Shown here: positions 12,271-25,640 of the stretch, piece after piece
Position numbering within the stretch: the stretch's first letter is position 1
How the letters are laid out: the number at the start of each line of letters is the position of its first letter
Assembly (NCBI GenBank): GCA_051294375.1
Contig: CM119264.1
Span: 16,403,245-16,467,244, forward strand
Direction: 5' to 3'
From: Paraspadella gotoi
Taxonomy: Eukaryota; Animalia; Chaetognatha
Length of the DNA stretch: 64,000 nt
Notes under the pieces: model-generated
Seen by the model: the letters and a program-made list of their open reading frames with translations, nothing else
Databases searched by the model: none
Told to the model about the DNA's origin: nothing
Program-made: the position numbers and the translations under genes

Positions 12271-12549
12271 CTACTTGGGCTTAAGATGGACTGTCCGTAA
12301 CTTCTATAACCCCCTCTAGCAGCCATGGAACGGGTCCCTGGGCTTGGAACCAGGCTTGAGGGTTTTGCCATGCCCCCAAGGCGGCTTACGGCCGTCCTCA
12401 CGCTTCGCCGCAGAGTGTAGGTACCGGGTTGGGAATTGAACCCCGGTTCCTAGGTGGTCATGAGCTGATGGCTTTACTCAATGAGCCACCGAGTTCAAAC
12501 TAAATGTGTCATGATTCTAGGCGGGTGAACCTAGGCAATGCCCGACTAC
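12271..12549 (-). mobile_element. Dispersed ~275-bp repeat with an internal tRNA-Met-like segment (Pol III A/B boxes) and short imperfect TIRs, copy 1
   Basis: Aligns end to end with 60468-60738. The minus strand at ~12495-12420 reads GGTGGCTCATTGAG (A-box-like)...CTCATGA (CAT anticodon-like loop)...GGTTCAATTCC (B-box). Confidence 0.7.
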
Positions 12550-13649
12550 ATATTCTGTAGCGGCAACACCTATAACGCACCTCTCAATCCCTTTTCAAAT
12601 TCCCTTTACAAAATGATTTCAGAAATGATTACAAAAAGTTTTCAGATGCACCTTCAGAAATCAAGCTTCTATACGTCTTCACCTCACCCATATCATACCG
12701 AGCCCTTACCAATTTTCGATTTCCATCTTCTATTTCGTTTTTTTTATGGCGACCAACCCTATCCCTTTTCTTTTTCCGCCTTTAACCCCCGAGAGAAGCG
12801 ATAGGAGGAAATTAGAAACTTCTCCCCCTCCTCCTCCTTCTTCTCTCTCCGCCTACCTCCTCCTCCGAGGTATAGTGAAGCGCCTTTTTCGACACTTCGA
12901 CTCGCAAACGCGAAAAGTCGCCTGCGTGCGACTGATTTTTACTGTGTCGAAAAGTCGAATTCGACTGATTAATCAGTCGATATTAATGGAGGAGCGTGAA
13001 TTCATTGAGACTCTCTGGGTCGAATTCGACTCGGAATTTGGTCAACGAAACATCAAATATGATGAAGCTCTTTCTCTCTCGTTCTCTCTTCTCTCTTTCC
13101 ACTCTCTCTCTTTCTCTTTCTCTTCTTTCTCTCTCTTTCTATTTCTCTCTCTTTCTCTCTTCTAATGCCAAATTGTAGTAAAAAAATTAAAAATAAATTC
13201 TTATTGAATGAATTCATTACATGCTAAAATAATTCATAATGTAGAAGACGAAAATACGGGAAAAATAAATGTAGGGAAAAAGGTGAAGCATTGTGACGAT
13301 GTAAGAAAAGTAGAAAATTAACTTTAAACAAGTTTGAGCAAAACAAGATGCGGCATGATTTTCATTCGTTTTTTTTTCCCGGGTTTTTTTCAGTAATTTT
13401 CTTTGGATAGTGCGGGCTCTTGGCTCGATCTTGAGTCTTTTAAGATGTTTTTTATTTATGTTCTCCTTCTCTTCTCTTCTCTCTCTCTCACTCTCTCTCT
13501 TTCTCTCTCACTTCTCCTCTCTCACTCTCTCTCTCACTCTCTCTTTCTCTCTCTCTCTCTCTCCTTTTTATGCAATAACGGACTATCCTTATTGCTTTTA
13601 AGATTTTTTTTAACTTGCATCATTTTCAACTTGCATAAATTTTTTCAAC

Positions 13650-14815
13650 TTGCATTCCGTCAAAACTTTATATCTAGCTTTCTTCACTCACTTTCTACCC
13701 GGCTCACAAATTCCTTCATCTCAATCTATCATGGGTTAAATTAAATTAAAAAGAGATATCAAGTAAATGTGACTCATATTTTTCATTTTTAAACTCATTG
13801 TCCACTGGTACGTTTCCCACTGAAACTTTTCATATCAAGCTTCGTCACACATTTCCTACCCACACACAAAAATTTCAATTCAATCTATCATCCAATTTAT
13901 GTATTAATTAGAGTATTTCTTGCGTTAAAATAAGTAAAAAGATTTAGTAAATTCGACTTATATTTTTCCATTTAAACTTAATTTCACTCACACGATTCCA
14001 TCGAAACTTTATATCCAGCTTATATCACACACTTCCTACTCACACACAAAATTTAATTCCCAATCCAACCAGCCAATCACGAGTTTATTGGAGCTTTTTT
14101 TGCTTAAGATATGCGGATCGGTAGTAACCATTGGAACCCAGGATTTTCCGATTGACTAATTGATTAATTAACTTGATTAATTATATATGATTTATTAATA
14201 CATCCTCAGTATAACATTTAATATAAAAGGTAAAAAAGGAAGCATAATCAATTAGTAAAACAGGTTTTTTGTTTTTCCCATTTAAACTCATTTTTCTCAC
14301 TCAAACTTATTCCATCGAACACTTGATTTTCCTGTTCAATCACACATCTTTACCCTTACCACATACAAAATTCCATGGTCAATCAGTCCCATCCACTCAT
14401 GGAGCAATTGATGTGTTCAAATAGTGAATATATTTGTTTGTTCTTTTCCATTTTTAAAGCTCATTTCCACTCGGACGATATCCATCGAAACTCATATCCA
14501 GCTCAATCCACACCACTTACCTATCCTCACACAAAAAATTTCATTTTAAATTCCATCCATCCAATTCACGAGTAATTTGGTGTTTGCTAAGTGTGGACGG
14601 CACGGACCGCACGGACGGTACGGACGGACGGACTGGTACGGACGGAGGTTCAGACGGACGGACATTCATTTTCTCTTGCATAATTTTATCAAATTCGATG
14701 TTCTTGACATGATATAAGTGTGTGCCCGACAATATATCAGGGGGCGGACCGACGGACGACACAAGTGAGTTAAGAGTCTTGATCTGCTTGATAAGCAGAT
14801 CCGACTAAAAAAAAA
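13650..14815 (-). mobile_element. Helentron-associated (HINE/DINE-1-like) non-autonomous element with central tandem repeats
   Basis: The minus strand starts with a T-run, AGTC and a hairpin (gatctgctt-gat-aagcagatc, 14781-14801), followed by a (GTCC)n microsatellite (14595-14662) and ~5 diverged 160-180 bp tandem units (13650-14580). Confidence 0.6.
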
Positions 14816-15039
14816 ACCGATATTAGCTCATGGCTAAATTAAAGATGAATTCATATATGAATAAATTCATACGTTAAATTCAATCAGTTCTGTTCCGGTT
14901 TAAAAATGAGAATTTAATTTGTTGATGATATTAAGAAATGAATTTCATATAGATGGAATTGCGGTATTACAAATCTAAGACATTGAATTCCAACAAGCTT
15001 TTCTAATGCTAAATCAATTCTCATGAAAGAATTTACTAA

Positions 15040-15365
15040 GTATCAACTTGCCATAATAATTTTTTACACTAAACTATTTATTTCAACTTGCATTAATATT
15101 TTCAACTTGTATAATTTTTTTCCACTTGCATTAATTTTTTCAAACTGTATAATTTTTTTAACTTGCATAATTTTTTTTTTGCTGCATAATCTTTTTAACT
15201 TGTATTAATATTTTTAACTTTGCCATAACTTTTTCTAACTGCCTAATTTTTTCATCTTTTATAATCTTTTTTAACATGTATGCATTTTTTTTTTAACTGC
15301 ATTAATTTTTTCACTTGTATAATTTTTTCAACTTGCTATAATTTTTAACTTGCATAATTTTTCAT
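15040..15365. repeat. Degenerate ~20-bp minisatellite (ttttcaacttgcataat)
   Basis: Many imperfect units; the same motif also occurs at ~13610-13655. Confidence 0.75.
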
Positions 15366-15669
15366 TTAATTTTCATTTTCATTCGCAAAATTACATTTAA
15401 AAACACACATCTCAATCCAACCCGAGTTTATTGAAAGATTGTTAAAACCGTCATTGAGAAAGAAGTGTCAACTCTAAAACTTTTTGGTCTTCTGACTTTT
15501 AAAGTCTTAAACTCCTACTATATTCTTATTTTTAAACCAATTTCAAAAATTTTCTTGCACCCAATCGATAGCTCTTTAAAGTGAAATTAAAATTTAAAAA
15601 AAGTGTATTTAAAGCCTAACTTTTGCCACTGCAGTGCTCGCTTTCCTGATTACAACAAAATGATTTTGA

Positions 15670-16030
15670 TAAGTGAATCTAAAAGTGAATTCATATATAG
15701 TAGGGAATTTTTCTCATCCAAATTGATCGTGTCAATAGTTAGTTGTCCTCTTTTAAATGTTTTTATCAGTGTATCAGAGGAATAGTTTTTTTACTAGCAA
15801 GATGAATTCATGTATAAATTCACCTCATGGGAATTAACCCATGATTTGAAAGTGAATCTGAATAGTTGAATTCATTACAGTGGGGGATTATTTTCATTAA
15901 ACATTGACTCGTCGAAATTAGTTAGTAACTCTTTTCCCAAAATTTTTTATCAAGGTATCTGCATAGGAATACGTTTTCTTCCATCTGGAAGGTGAATTCA
16001 TTATAAATTCACCTCAGTGACATTTACCCA
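15670..16030. repeat. Two diverged ~180-bp tandem units
   Basis: aagtgaatct..gaattcat..ttttatca..gtatc..ggaata..gaattcat..taaattcacctca occurs twice. Confidence 0.6.
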
Positions 16031-19000
16031 GATATGAATTTTAATAGTTTATTTCCCCAAATGAATCCATAAAGAGGAGGAGTAAGAGGAGGAGTAAGAG
16101 GGAGGATGTAGCGGGAGGAGGGAGCAGGGTGTCTCTGAAAAACAGGAGTGTATTACAAGTAAATGAGGAGCATGAATTCATAAAAATCATGAATTCATGA
16201 TTTTATTGGTAAGTTGCTGTGTTAGTTCGAATCATAGTCGAAATAGCGCTTCACTATAAGTGCCTCCTCCTCCTCCTCCTCCTCCTACTCCTCCTCCTCT
16301 CATCCATTATCGAAATTCGCATCTCATTCTCTTTCATTCCCTCATGCATTCTTTTCCCCTTTTTTCTTTTCCACCAAACCAGCCTCAGATTTATTCTTCT
16401 ACTTACACATTTTTCATCTCTCTTTCATCAAGCATCGATGACTTTCATCGTGGTTGGGGTTCTTCCCCTCTTGAGGAAGGGTTTTCCCTCCGAAGTGGCC
16501 TCTGGAGGTTTTAGGGTCGTTTCGTCTTCACTCTTCACCAAGTGACGAAGGCGACTGGTGACTGGTGTCATCGCGTACGAACGTCACCTCTCGCGCTGCT
16601 TTCCTCACACACTCGAACGTTTCCTCGCGATTATCCCTGCAGTGAAAAGAGCATCACCATGCCACTACGAGATTTTCGTCGCGCAATGATTCAGAGTTTG
16701 AGGAGAGAGAAAATAAACAAGACTCTCCGACACCTCCGCACGATCCCCACCACCTCTCCACCGCCGAGCCGCCCCCACCCGCCCTTTCCATCGCGGAAGA
16801 ACATCGAAAATGGATTCGGAGAAAAACGCGGAAAGAAAACTCGATTTCGTAGAAGAAGAAAAAAAGAAAATGGATGGGAGGAGGTAATAAAATTACGTTT
16901 TAAAGACTGATTGTGAGAGAAAGTCAAGAGGAGGGGCGGACCAGGCAGAGGGTTGGGAGGGGAGGGGCGAGAGAAATTGAGTCGTGTGAGCGAGAAACGA
17001 AACGTTGACGAATTCAAAGAGATATTGAGAAAAGAACAAGCGTGTCGGTGAATGAGTGAAAATCCAGGGAGATAAAAAAGTAATAGAAATAAGGAGAGAA
17101 AAAAAAATGAAAAAATGAACGAAGGAAAAGCAAAAAAAAAAAGTAAACAAAAAACACAAAGGAAAGAAATGTCAAAGAATGGAGGAAAAAAATAGGGAAC
17201 GGAATAAAGAATGTAAGAATAAAAAAAAAAGGGAAAAGGTCTTTGACGCGGAAGGAAAACGAAGAAAGGTCCTCCCAAATCTCCGATCTCCCTTCCTCCT
17301 TTTGACCCCTTTTCTCTCCACCCTTCCTTCGTTTTTTATCTTTCCTATTTTTCAAAGCTTTTGCCCGTTGCCCGTTCTTTCCAACCTGTTTCTTTTTTTT
17401 TTCTTCTCTCTCTTTTATTTTTTTTAAAGATTGTTTTTATGATCACCTCTCTTTTCCTTTCACCTTTTCTTCACTTTTCATCCTCACCTTACTCTTTCCA
17501 CTTCACCCTTCCCTACCCAAACCCACCCTCACGATCTTCCTTCTTCCGCCCGCCTCCGCATTTTTCGGATAAGAAAGGATGGTTCAAGGTTCGTTCGCCC
17601 CCTTTCTTCTTCCGCTTACGGCGCCACAGATTGGGCTTCGCCGAGTGGAACAACCAACAACGGGTTAAAAAGGTGAACGGCGCCAAATTTTTTTTTCTCT
17701 GCCTCGTTGTCGTTGTTGTTGTGGTCGTAGACGTCGAATTTTTTTTTTGTGGCAGGGAAGAGACGAAAAAAAGAGGCGACGAAAAGAAAAGTGGGAGAGG
17801 GAGTAAGGAAAGGAGAGAGAGGGTGAAAAATTAGAAGCGGAGAAGAAAAGAAATCGCGATACAGAAAAGAAAATGATAAGAAAATTGTGTAAATGAAAAT
17901 AGCGTAAACATAGGTAGTAAATAAAGGTAGCCGGGTGCGCGATAAACTATATTATCCAATATCCAATGGACAACCGTAAATAATTTTTACTGATGTACTG
18001 ACAAAAGGATTTACTGACACAGTATTCGGCGAATACTATTCGCTGACACGGATTCGCCAACAAACGCGACGCGTCAAACCGTGCGGACGAAGGAGGCGTC
18101 AATGGGCGCGAAAAATGGCGACTTGTACGGGCGAAGGCTGAGGACAAAAGGAGAGAGAGCGCGAGAAAAAAAAAGACGAACAAAAAAAAGGGAAAAGGGG
18201 AACAAACAACGTAAAGGAAAAAAATGATCCGACGTACGAAGAATAACGAACGAACAACACAAACAGATCAATCGCAAAGAAATGAAAAGAAAAGGAAAGG
18301 GAAGAGGAACAAAAAGGGAAGAGAAAAAAAAGGTAGAAATACAAACAAAAAAGCAAGAAAGAAAAAGAGGCAAAAACAGTAAGAGAATGAAGGCTGGAAA
18401 GCGAATTAAGAAGAAGGCTGTGGAATAAAAGCAAAGAAGGAGAAAAAGAGAGTGTGGAATAAAATGAAGAAAGAAAAAATAAAGAATGTGGAAAAAAAAA
18501 GAGAGAATTAAAAAAAAAAGAAAGAAAGAACGTGGGACAAATCGGGAAGGGGGAACTCGTGTCTCGCGCGAAATCCAGTCGGATCCTCGCGCGAGATTCT
18601 GATCGATGATCTCGGAGAATCTGCTCCCGTTTTCTGACTGGTGAATGGAACGCTGGTTGTAGCTGTTGAAACAGTTTCATTGGTGTCGCTTTTGGTTTCG
18701 TTGACATTGGGCGCTAAATTTTTTTTGTTGACGTTATCGTTTCTTCTATTTGGACGATATACATAGAATCGCCGTATTTATTTTCTATAATTGTTAATTC
18801 TCTCCTTCCCCTTAGAATTAAAAAAAAACAAAAATCAGCGAGAGAGGTCGCCTCCTCCGCTGCCTTCTCCCCGCATCGCCAGCTGCGCCAAGGTCACCTG
18901 GGAACCGACCTCATAAACAAACATCCATCGAGGCTTGGCGTCCTCGAGACGGCATTGCCATCCAATGTGCCATTTGGTTGGACTCGAATAAGGTGAACGA

Positions 19001-21955
19001 GCCGATTGAGGTATTGANNNNNNNNNNNNNNNNNNNNNNNNNNNNNNNNNNNNNNNNNNNNNNNNNNNNNNNNNNNNNNNNNNNNNNNNNNNNNNNNNNN
19101 NNNNNNNNNNNNNNNNNNNNNNNNNNNNNNNNNNNNNNNNNNNNNNNNNNNNNNNNNNNNNNNNNNNNNNNNNNNNNNNNNNNNNNNNNNNNNNNNNNNN
19201 NNNNNNNNNNNNNNNNNNNNNNNNNNNNNNNNNNNNNNNNNNNNNNNNNNNNNNNNNNNNNNNNNNNNNNNNNNNNNNNNNNNNNNNNNNNNNNNNNNNN
19301 NNNNNNNNNNNNNNNNNNNNNNNNNNNNNNNNNNNNNNNNNNNNNNNNNNNNNNNNNNNNNNNNNNNNNNNNNNNNNNNNNNNNNNNNNNNNNNNNNNNN
19401 NNNNNNNNNNNNNNNNNNNNNNNNNNNNNNNNNNNNNNNNNNNNNNNNNNNNNNNNNNNNNNNNNNNNNNNNNNNNNNNNNNNNGGGGGAGATTTGGTTT
19501 TTATTCTCGGTGTTTATCGAGGCTCAACTCCGTACGGCATTTGTTGTTTTGGTTGTCGTCGTTTTCGTCGTCGTTGTCGTCAACGTTTTTTCTGACTTTT
19601 TTTTTGTGGGTTGTTGCTGTTTGGATCGTTATTTCCTCGGTTAAAGAGGTAAATCGAGTGAGCCATTGTTACTGCTTAACATTTACACTCTTGTAATCTT
19701 TTTTTTTTAAATTAAGCTTTTCTGAAGTTGTAATTCTAATTCTAATTTTTTTTATAATTTGTAAATGATCTTTAATCCCTGATATAGCTCACGTGGTTCT
19801 ATTAGTATCGAGAAATATTTCAGCGCAAGGGAAAACGCGTCAAAAACGTTTGACAGGATAGACAGAACGGCGCGTCATTCTTCTCACTAAATCACGGACG
19901 TGAATTCGACTCTAAAAGGGAGAATAAAAAAGAAAAATGGCCGCTGGATTTTTTTTCGCTGAATCAGCAAATTGACGCGCATCTTTCGAATGCAAATCCG
20001 ACGAAACGGTAAACACGAGCGGAAGAATAGGGGCGGAGGGGGGCGTGGAGACGCATAAATACTGANNNNNNNNNNNNNNNNNNNNNNNNNNNNNNNNNNN
20101 NNNNNNNNNNNNNNNNNNNNNNNNNNNNNNNNNNNNNNNNNNNNNNNNNNNNNNNNNNNNNNNNNNNNNNNNNNNNNNNNNNNNNNNNNNNNNNNNNNNN
20201 NNNNNNNNNNNNNNNNNNNNNNNNNNNNNNNNNNNNNNNNNNNNNNNNNNNNNNNNNNNNNNNNNNNNNNNNNNNNNNNNNNAGTGAAAGAAAAAAATAC
20301 AGAAAGAGAGATAGAGAGAAAGTTTTATAAGCCCGCAAGCCTCCCCGTCGGAAACGTCGTTAGCCGTCGAGGTCGGCAAAAAGAATGCGAGCCAAGAAAA
20401 AGGAGTAAAGAAAAAAGAAGAAGATAATAATATTCAAAAAAGAAAAGAGGAGATCATTTCTTCGAATTCGAACCATTTAACTATTACGTCGTTACCCGAG
20501 TGTTGGCGTCTGCTTAAGACTCTCTCGCTTTTCAAGTGTTGTGGCTACGAAAAAAAAAATAGAAGCGTTGCAGTTGCCAAGATGGAGGAAAAAAGAAAAG
20601 AAGAGAGGAGAGGGGAAGAGAGAAGAGAAAAGAGAGGAGAAGAGATAAGAGAATAGGAGAGGAGAAGAGAGAGGATAGAGAAATGATAGAGAAACGCGTA
20701 GGGATATAAACGATTAAACTTTAAGGTTTATTTTAACGCACTAAATTCTCTTACTTTTTGGTGAAAACATGTCATTCATATTGAACGAAAGCCTCGATTC
20801 CATTTCTTCTCTCGTCCTCCTTTCCAACTTCGGTGCTTAGAAATTCTATTCTCCCGACTTCTGCATTTCCCGCCGGTCGCCTTCGGACGCTGTAAATAAG
20901 AGATAAGCGAAGTGGCGGCGCCGGCGCGACGGTGGCTGCGGAGGCGGCGATCAGTGCGTCAGCGTTGGTTGATGTTGACTTCGAAAAACAGTAGTTTTTT
21001 CTGTCAACCCGACAGAATATTCGCGTCGAGGTTCCCGTCTCGCCATCGGCTCCACGGTACCACAACACATCACACGTCAACGCGATCCACTTTCTTCTTT
21101 ACCCCCCCCTACCCCCCTCCCTTGCCAGATCCACACCGCCACCGACGTTTCCAAAAACATTTTTCCAGACGATCGGAAAATCCAGACGAACGCCGCCGCC
21201 GACGCCGCCGACGCCCGCTTTTTATTTAAATTCTTTTCAAGAAGATTTCGTCTCAAAATTTAATAAAATTAAGAAGAGAAAAAAAAACGCAGAGTCGCGA
21301 CGAAGCAAATTAACTTGAATTTGGTTATTTTTAGAACCAATTTCGAAAATGCGTTACTATCATTTATTACTAATGAAAAAGAGGAACAGTGGATTAGGGA
21401 TAGGGATCGGGTTTGGGATTGGGGATTGGGGATAAGGATAGGGACGAATGATGTAAAAGGATGGAGGACAGCTGATTAACGACTGTATAATTAATTGATT
21501 AGCGAATGATACGTTTTATGTGATCAGTAATATGCTAAATCTGTCTTTCTTCAGCAATCAAACCTTTCGAGACAAGAATTCTTTCGAGTTTCGACTAAGA
21601 GAAAGTAAAAGAGGGAAGATATCTTAGCTTTAATCTTTTCTCGTAAACAAGAATGAAAAAGAAAAGCCCGAAAACACCATAAAACCGGGGAAAAGCCTAT
21701 GCAGGGGAAAAAGACAGAATTTTAGGGGCGATAGTAACGGGTTGCCTGTCGACTTTTAATCGTCACGATGAAAATTAATGAAATCGTGTAAATTCCTTTC
21801 TCTGGCGCGGCGGTAATCTCCCTCATGGCGTGAGCNNNNNNNNNNNNNNNNNNNNNNNNNNNNNNNNNNNNNNNNNNNNNNNNNNNNNNNNNNNNNNNNN
21901 NNNNNNNNNNNNNNNNNNNNNNNNNNNNNNNNNNNNNNNNNNNNNNNNNNNNNNN

Positions 21956-21993
<38 letters not shown>

Positions 21994-22983
21994 AGGAAGG
22001 GATAGTCAAAGACCGTGAGTTGAAAATTCGTTCTGCCGACCGGAGATATATTTTAAAAGGGAAAATGGTGATTATAGTTGACGATTTCAATAAAGATCAC
22101 TAAATATTATTAAGTAAACATCATTAAAGATGACGATACAAATTAGTATTTCTCTTTCAATCTTTCCCCAATCTGAAACACTTTCACATTCAACGGATAT
22201 CGGATTTCAACGTTTTCTTTTTCTCACAAACTTTTGCTCGTTATTCTCAAGATTCACGTTGTCTTCACACGCGCCATCATTGTTCGCGTTCACATCAGCC
22301 TCCACACGCGCTGCTTCCAGCCACTGTCAACTCAGTCGCGTCCACCTCACATCGGCTCCACCGCCTCCGCCGCCACTGCAGTCCGGACGCCTCCGCCGCC
22401 TCCGCCTCCTCCGCCGCCGACGTCTTGGTCGAGTCTCCCCCGAGATTCGTCCGTCGGAACCGAAGCGAGACGTCGCTAAGTGCCAAGTGAAGATCAAGCG
22501 ACGGACGTGAAAAATGAGTTTTTTGATTAAACTTGGCGAAGGCAGGAGCGAACGGGGACAATGACGCCGACGACAACGACTTGTACGGAATCATTTATGA
22601 TCCTACGATCAGTTTTTACGAGGACGGATTGATCGCATTAGTTTTTTAATTAGATCACGAAACTGAAGTAAATAGAAACTGCTTTGACAATGCGACCCAA
22701 AACAATTTTTATAAGGGAAGAAACAAAGATTTAAAATCCAAGTGGCTGACTATTTTTAAGATACACTATATGGAATCAACCTTAAAAATGCAAAAAATTG
22801 CAGATTATCTTTTACGTTATTACTTTGTTAAAAAATTTGCATTCCTGGTATTTACAATTTTAAAATCGCTTTCAAAAAAGCCTTTCAAGAAAATGTGACC
22901 CTGAAATTCAGGATTCTCGCAAAAACGGCAGAAGTGAGATAAAAAATACGGAGATTCTAAATACTATAAAAATGCAAATGTAG

Positions 22984-23021
<38 letters not shown>

Positions 23022-25601
23022 NNNNNNNNNNNNNNNNNNNNNNNNNNNNNNNNNNNNNNNNNNNNNNNNNNNNNNNNNNNNNNNNNNNNNNNNNNNNNNN
23101 NNNNNNNNNNNNNNNNNNNNNNNNNNNNNNNNNNNNNNNNNNNNNNNNNNNNNNNNNNNNNNNNNNNNNNNNNNNNNNNNNNNNNNNNNNNNNNNNNNNN
23201 NNNNNNNNNNNNNNNNNNNNNNNNNNNNNNNNNNNNNNNNNNNNNNNNNNNNNNNNNNNNNNNNNNNNNNNNNNNNNNNNNNNNNNNNNNNNNNNNNNNN
23301 NNNNNNNNNNNNNNNNNNNNNNNNNNNNNNNNNNNNNNNNNNNNNNNNNNNNNNNNNNNNNNNNNNNNNNNNNNNNNNNNNNNNNNNNNNNNNNNNNNNN
23401 NNNNNNNNNNNNNNNNNNNNNNNNNNNNNNNNNNNNNNNNNNNNNNNNNNNNNNNNNNNNNNNNNNNNNNNNNNNNNNNNNNNNNNNNNNNNNNNNNNNN
23501 NNNNNNNNNNNNNNNNNNNNNNNNNNNNNNNNNNNNNNNNNNNNNNNNNNNNNNNNNNNNNNNNNNNNNNNNNNNNNNNNNNNNNNNNNNNNNNNNNNNN
23601 NNNNNNNNNNNNNNNNNNNNNNNNNNNNNNNNNNNNNNNNNNNNNNNNNNNNNNNNNNNNNNNNNNNNNNNNNNNNNNNNNNNNNNNNNNNNNNNNNNNN
23701 NNNNNNNNNNNNNNNNNNNNNNNNNNNNNNNNNNNNNNNNGATCTTCAATGTTTAACGAAGTAAAAGTAATAAAGAAAGAATAAATAATAAATAATAAAT
23801 AAATAATAAATAAAGAAAGAAGAGCAGAAAGTAAGAGAAAAGAATGAAGGCAAAAATGTCACTCTATAAAAGGAGAAAAGAGTTTTTCTTGAATAAATTA
23901 ACGTAGTATGCATGAGACGAAAGAAAAAAAATTAGTGAAAAAAGAAACTTGTGAAATAAAAAAAACGAAGCGGCAATCGTGGGTGGAATCTCGAATTAAA
24001 AAAAAAAAAGGAATATTGAAAAAGAAAGAGAGAGAAATAAGACGTCAGACTTGAAACAAAGAAATGAGTCGGCGGAAATGAGAGAAAAAAGAGGAGGAAA
24101 CTCTTCTTCTTCCACCTTGAGAAATGAAAGGGAGGGAGACTCGGACCCTTGAGATGAACGCACCTTCCAACGACTCAATTTCAGACTTTGCNNNNNNNNN
24201 NNNNNNNNNNNNNNNNNNNNNNNNNNNNNNNNNNNNNNNNNNNNNNNNNNNNNNNNNNNNNNNNNNNNNNNNNNNNNNNNNNNNNNNNNNNNNNNNNNNN
24301 NNNNNNNNNNNNNNNNNNNNNNNNNNNNNNNNNNNNNNNNNNNNNNAAACCACTTTGAGGGTTAAAATCTCTTGACGCTAGAAAAATTTTTATTTCGAAT
24401 GCTGGGCAAAATGTATATATTAATCAAATATACATAATTGCCTCTTCTAAATAAACAGTAGCCTTCTGGAGGGAAGCGGAAGCCGTGGCCAATAACCTTC
24501 AACGCAACGAGTTCGCACCTTTTTTCCGTCGCAACTCCTCTTCTCTACCATCCCACGCCCCACTCTCCACCGCCGCCACCACCAGCTCCGGGATTCAATT
24601 TAAAGCCTTGGGTGGCAATTAAAGGCGGACTAGGAAAGCAGGAGGAGAAAAGGGAAAAACAGGGGCGTCGGTGGAAAAAGGGAAGTTGCAAAGGGGGGGG
24701 GTGAAGGGAGAAGAAGGGAGGAAAGCGGACAGGGAGAGACGATCAGTGCTGGCCAAATCGAAAAGCTGCGAGGGAAGGTGTAAAGCAAAAAATAGGCGAA
24801 AGCGCGAGGAAAGATTCAGAGGGTGGAACTTTTCTCGGAGGCGCTAAATTAAAAAAAAAAATCATTGTTGCGCAACACTAAGGGAAGCAGCTCGACGACA
24901 ACGACGACATAGAGAGAAACCGTCTGATGTATGAATTCTTATAAAACAATTATGCGTTGTTGTATGAAAGAAGTGGTTTTCAGAGTGAAACCCGTCGACG
25001 NNNNNNNNNNNNNNNNNNNNNNNNNNNNNNNNNNNNNNNNNNNNNNNNNNNNNNNNNNNNNNNNNNNNNNNNNNNNNNNNNNNNNNNNNNNNNNNNNNNN
25101 NNNNNNNNNNNNNNNNNNNNNNNNNNNNNNNNNNNNNNNNNNNNNNNNNNNNNNNNNNNNNNNNNNNNNNNNNNNNNNNNNNNNNNNNNNNNNNNNNNNN
25201 NNNNNNNNNNNNNNNNNNNNNNNNNNNNNNNNNNNNNNNNNNNNNNNNNNNNNNNNNNNNNNNNNNNNNNNNNNNNNNNNNNNNNNNNNNNNNNNNNNNN
25301 NNNNNNNNNNNNNNNNNNNNNNNNNNNNNNNNNNNNNNNNNNNNNNNNNNNNNNNNNNNNNNNNNNNNNNNNNNNNNNNNNNNNNNNNNNNNNNNTGTTC
25401 CTTCGCGAAATGGAATAAAAAATGAGGAAACAGAACGGCAACGAAATGAGCGACGAAAGAGAGAGAGAGAGGGAAAGAGAGATAGAAAGAGATGGAGAGT
25501 GGGAAAGAAAGAAAGAAAAAAAAAAGAAAGAAAAAGAAAGAAAGAAAAAGAAAGGTGGTCCTTCTGGAAAAACAATCCAGTTTTCGTTGGAAGACGAGGA
25601 G

Positions 25602-25640
<39 letters not shown>

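Noticed and set aside
12420-12495. Functional tRNA-Met gene or hammerhead ribozyme
   Set aside because: Stems are degenerate and it is part of a dispersed repeat; the hammerhead core (CUGANGA...GAAA) is absent.
13650-14580. CRISPR-like periodicity
   Set aside because: Eukaryotic context with diverged long tandem units, no repeat-spacer structure and no cas genes.
16542-18707. Long Phe- or Lys-rich ORFs (up to 202 aa)
   Set aside because: Purine/pyrimidine-skewed low-complexity DNA that lacks stops; no domain motifs.
22234-22510. GC-rich Pro/Ala-rich segment after a possible acceptor
   Set aside because: Open in several frames with no recognisable motif or partner exons; cannot be supported.
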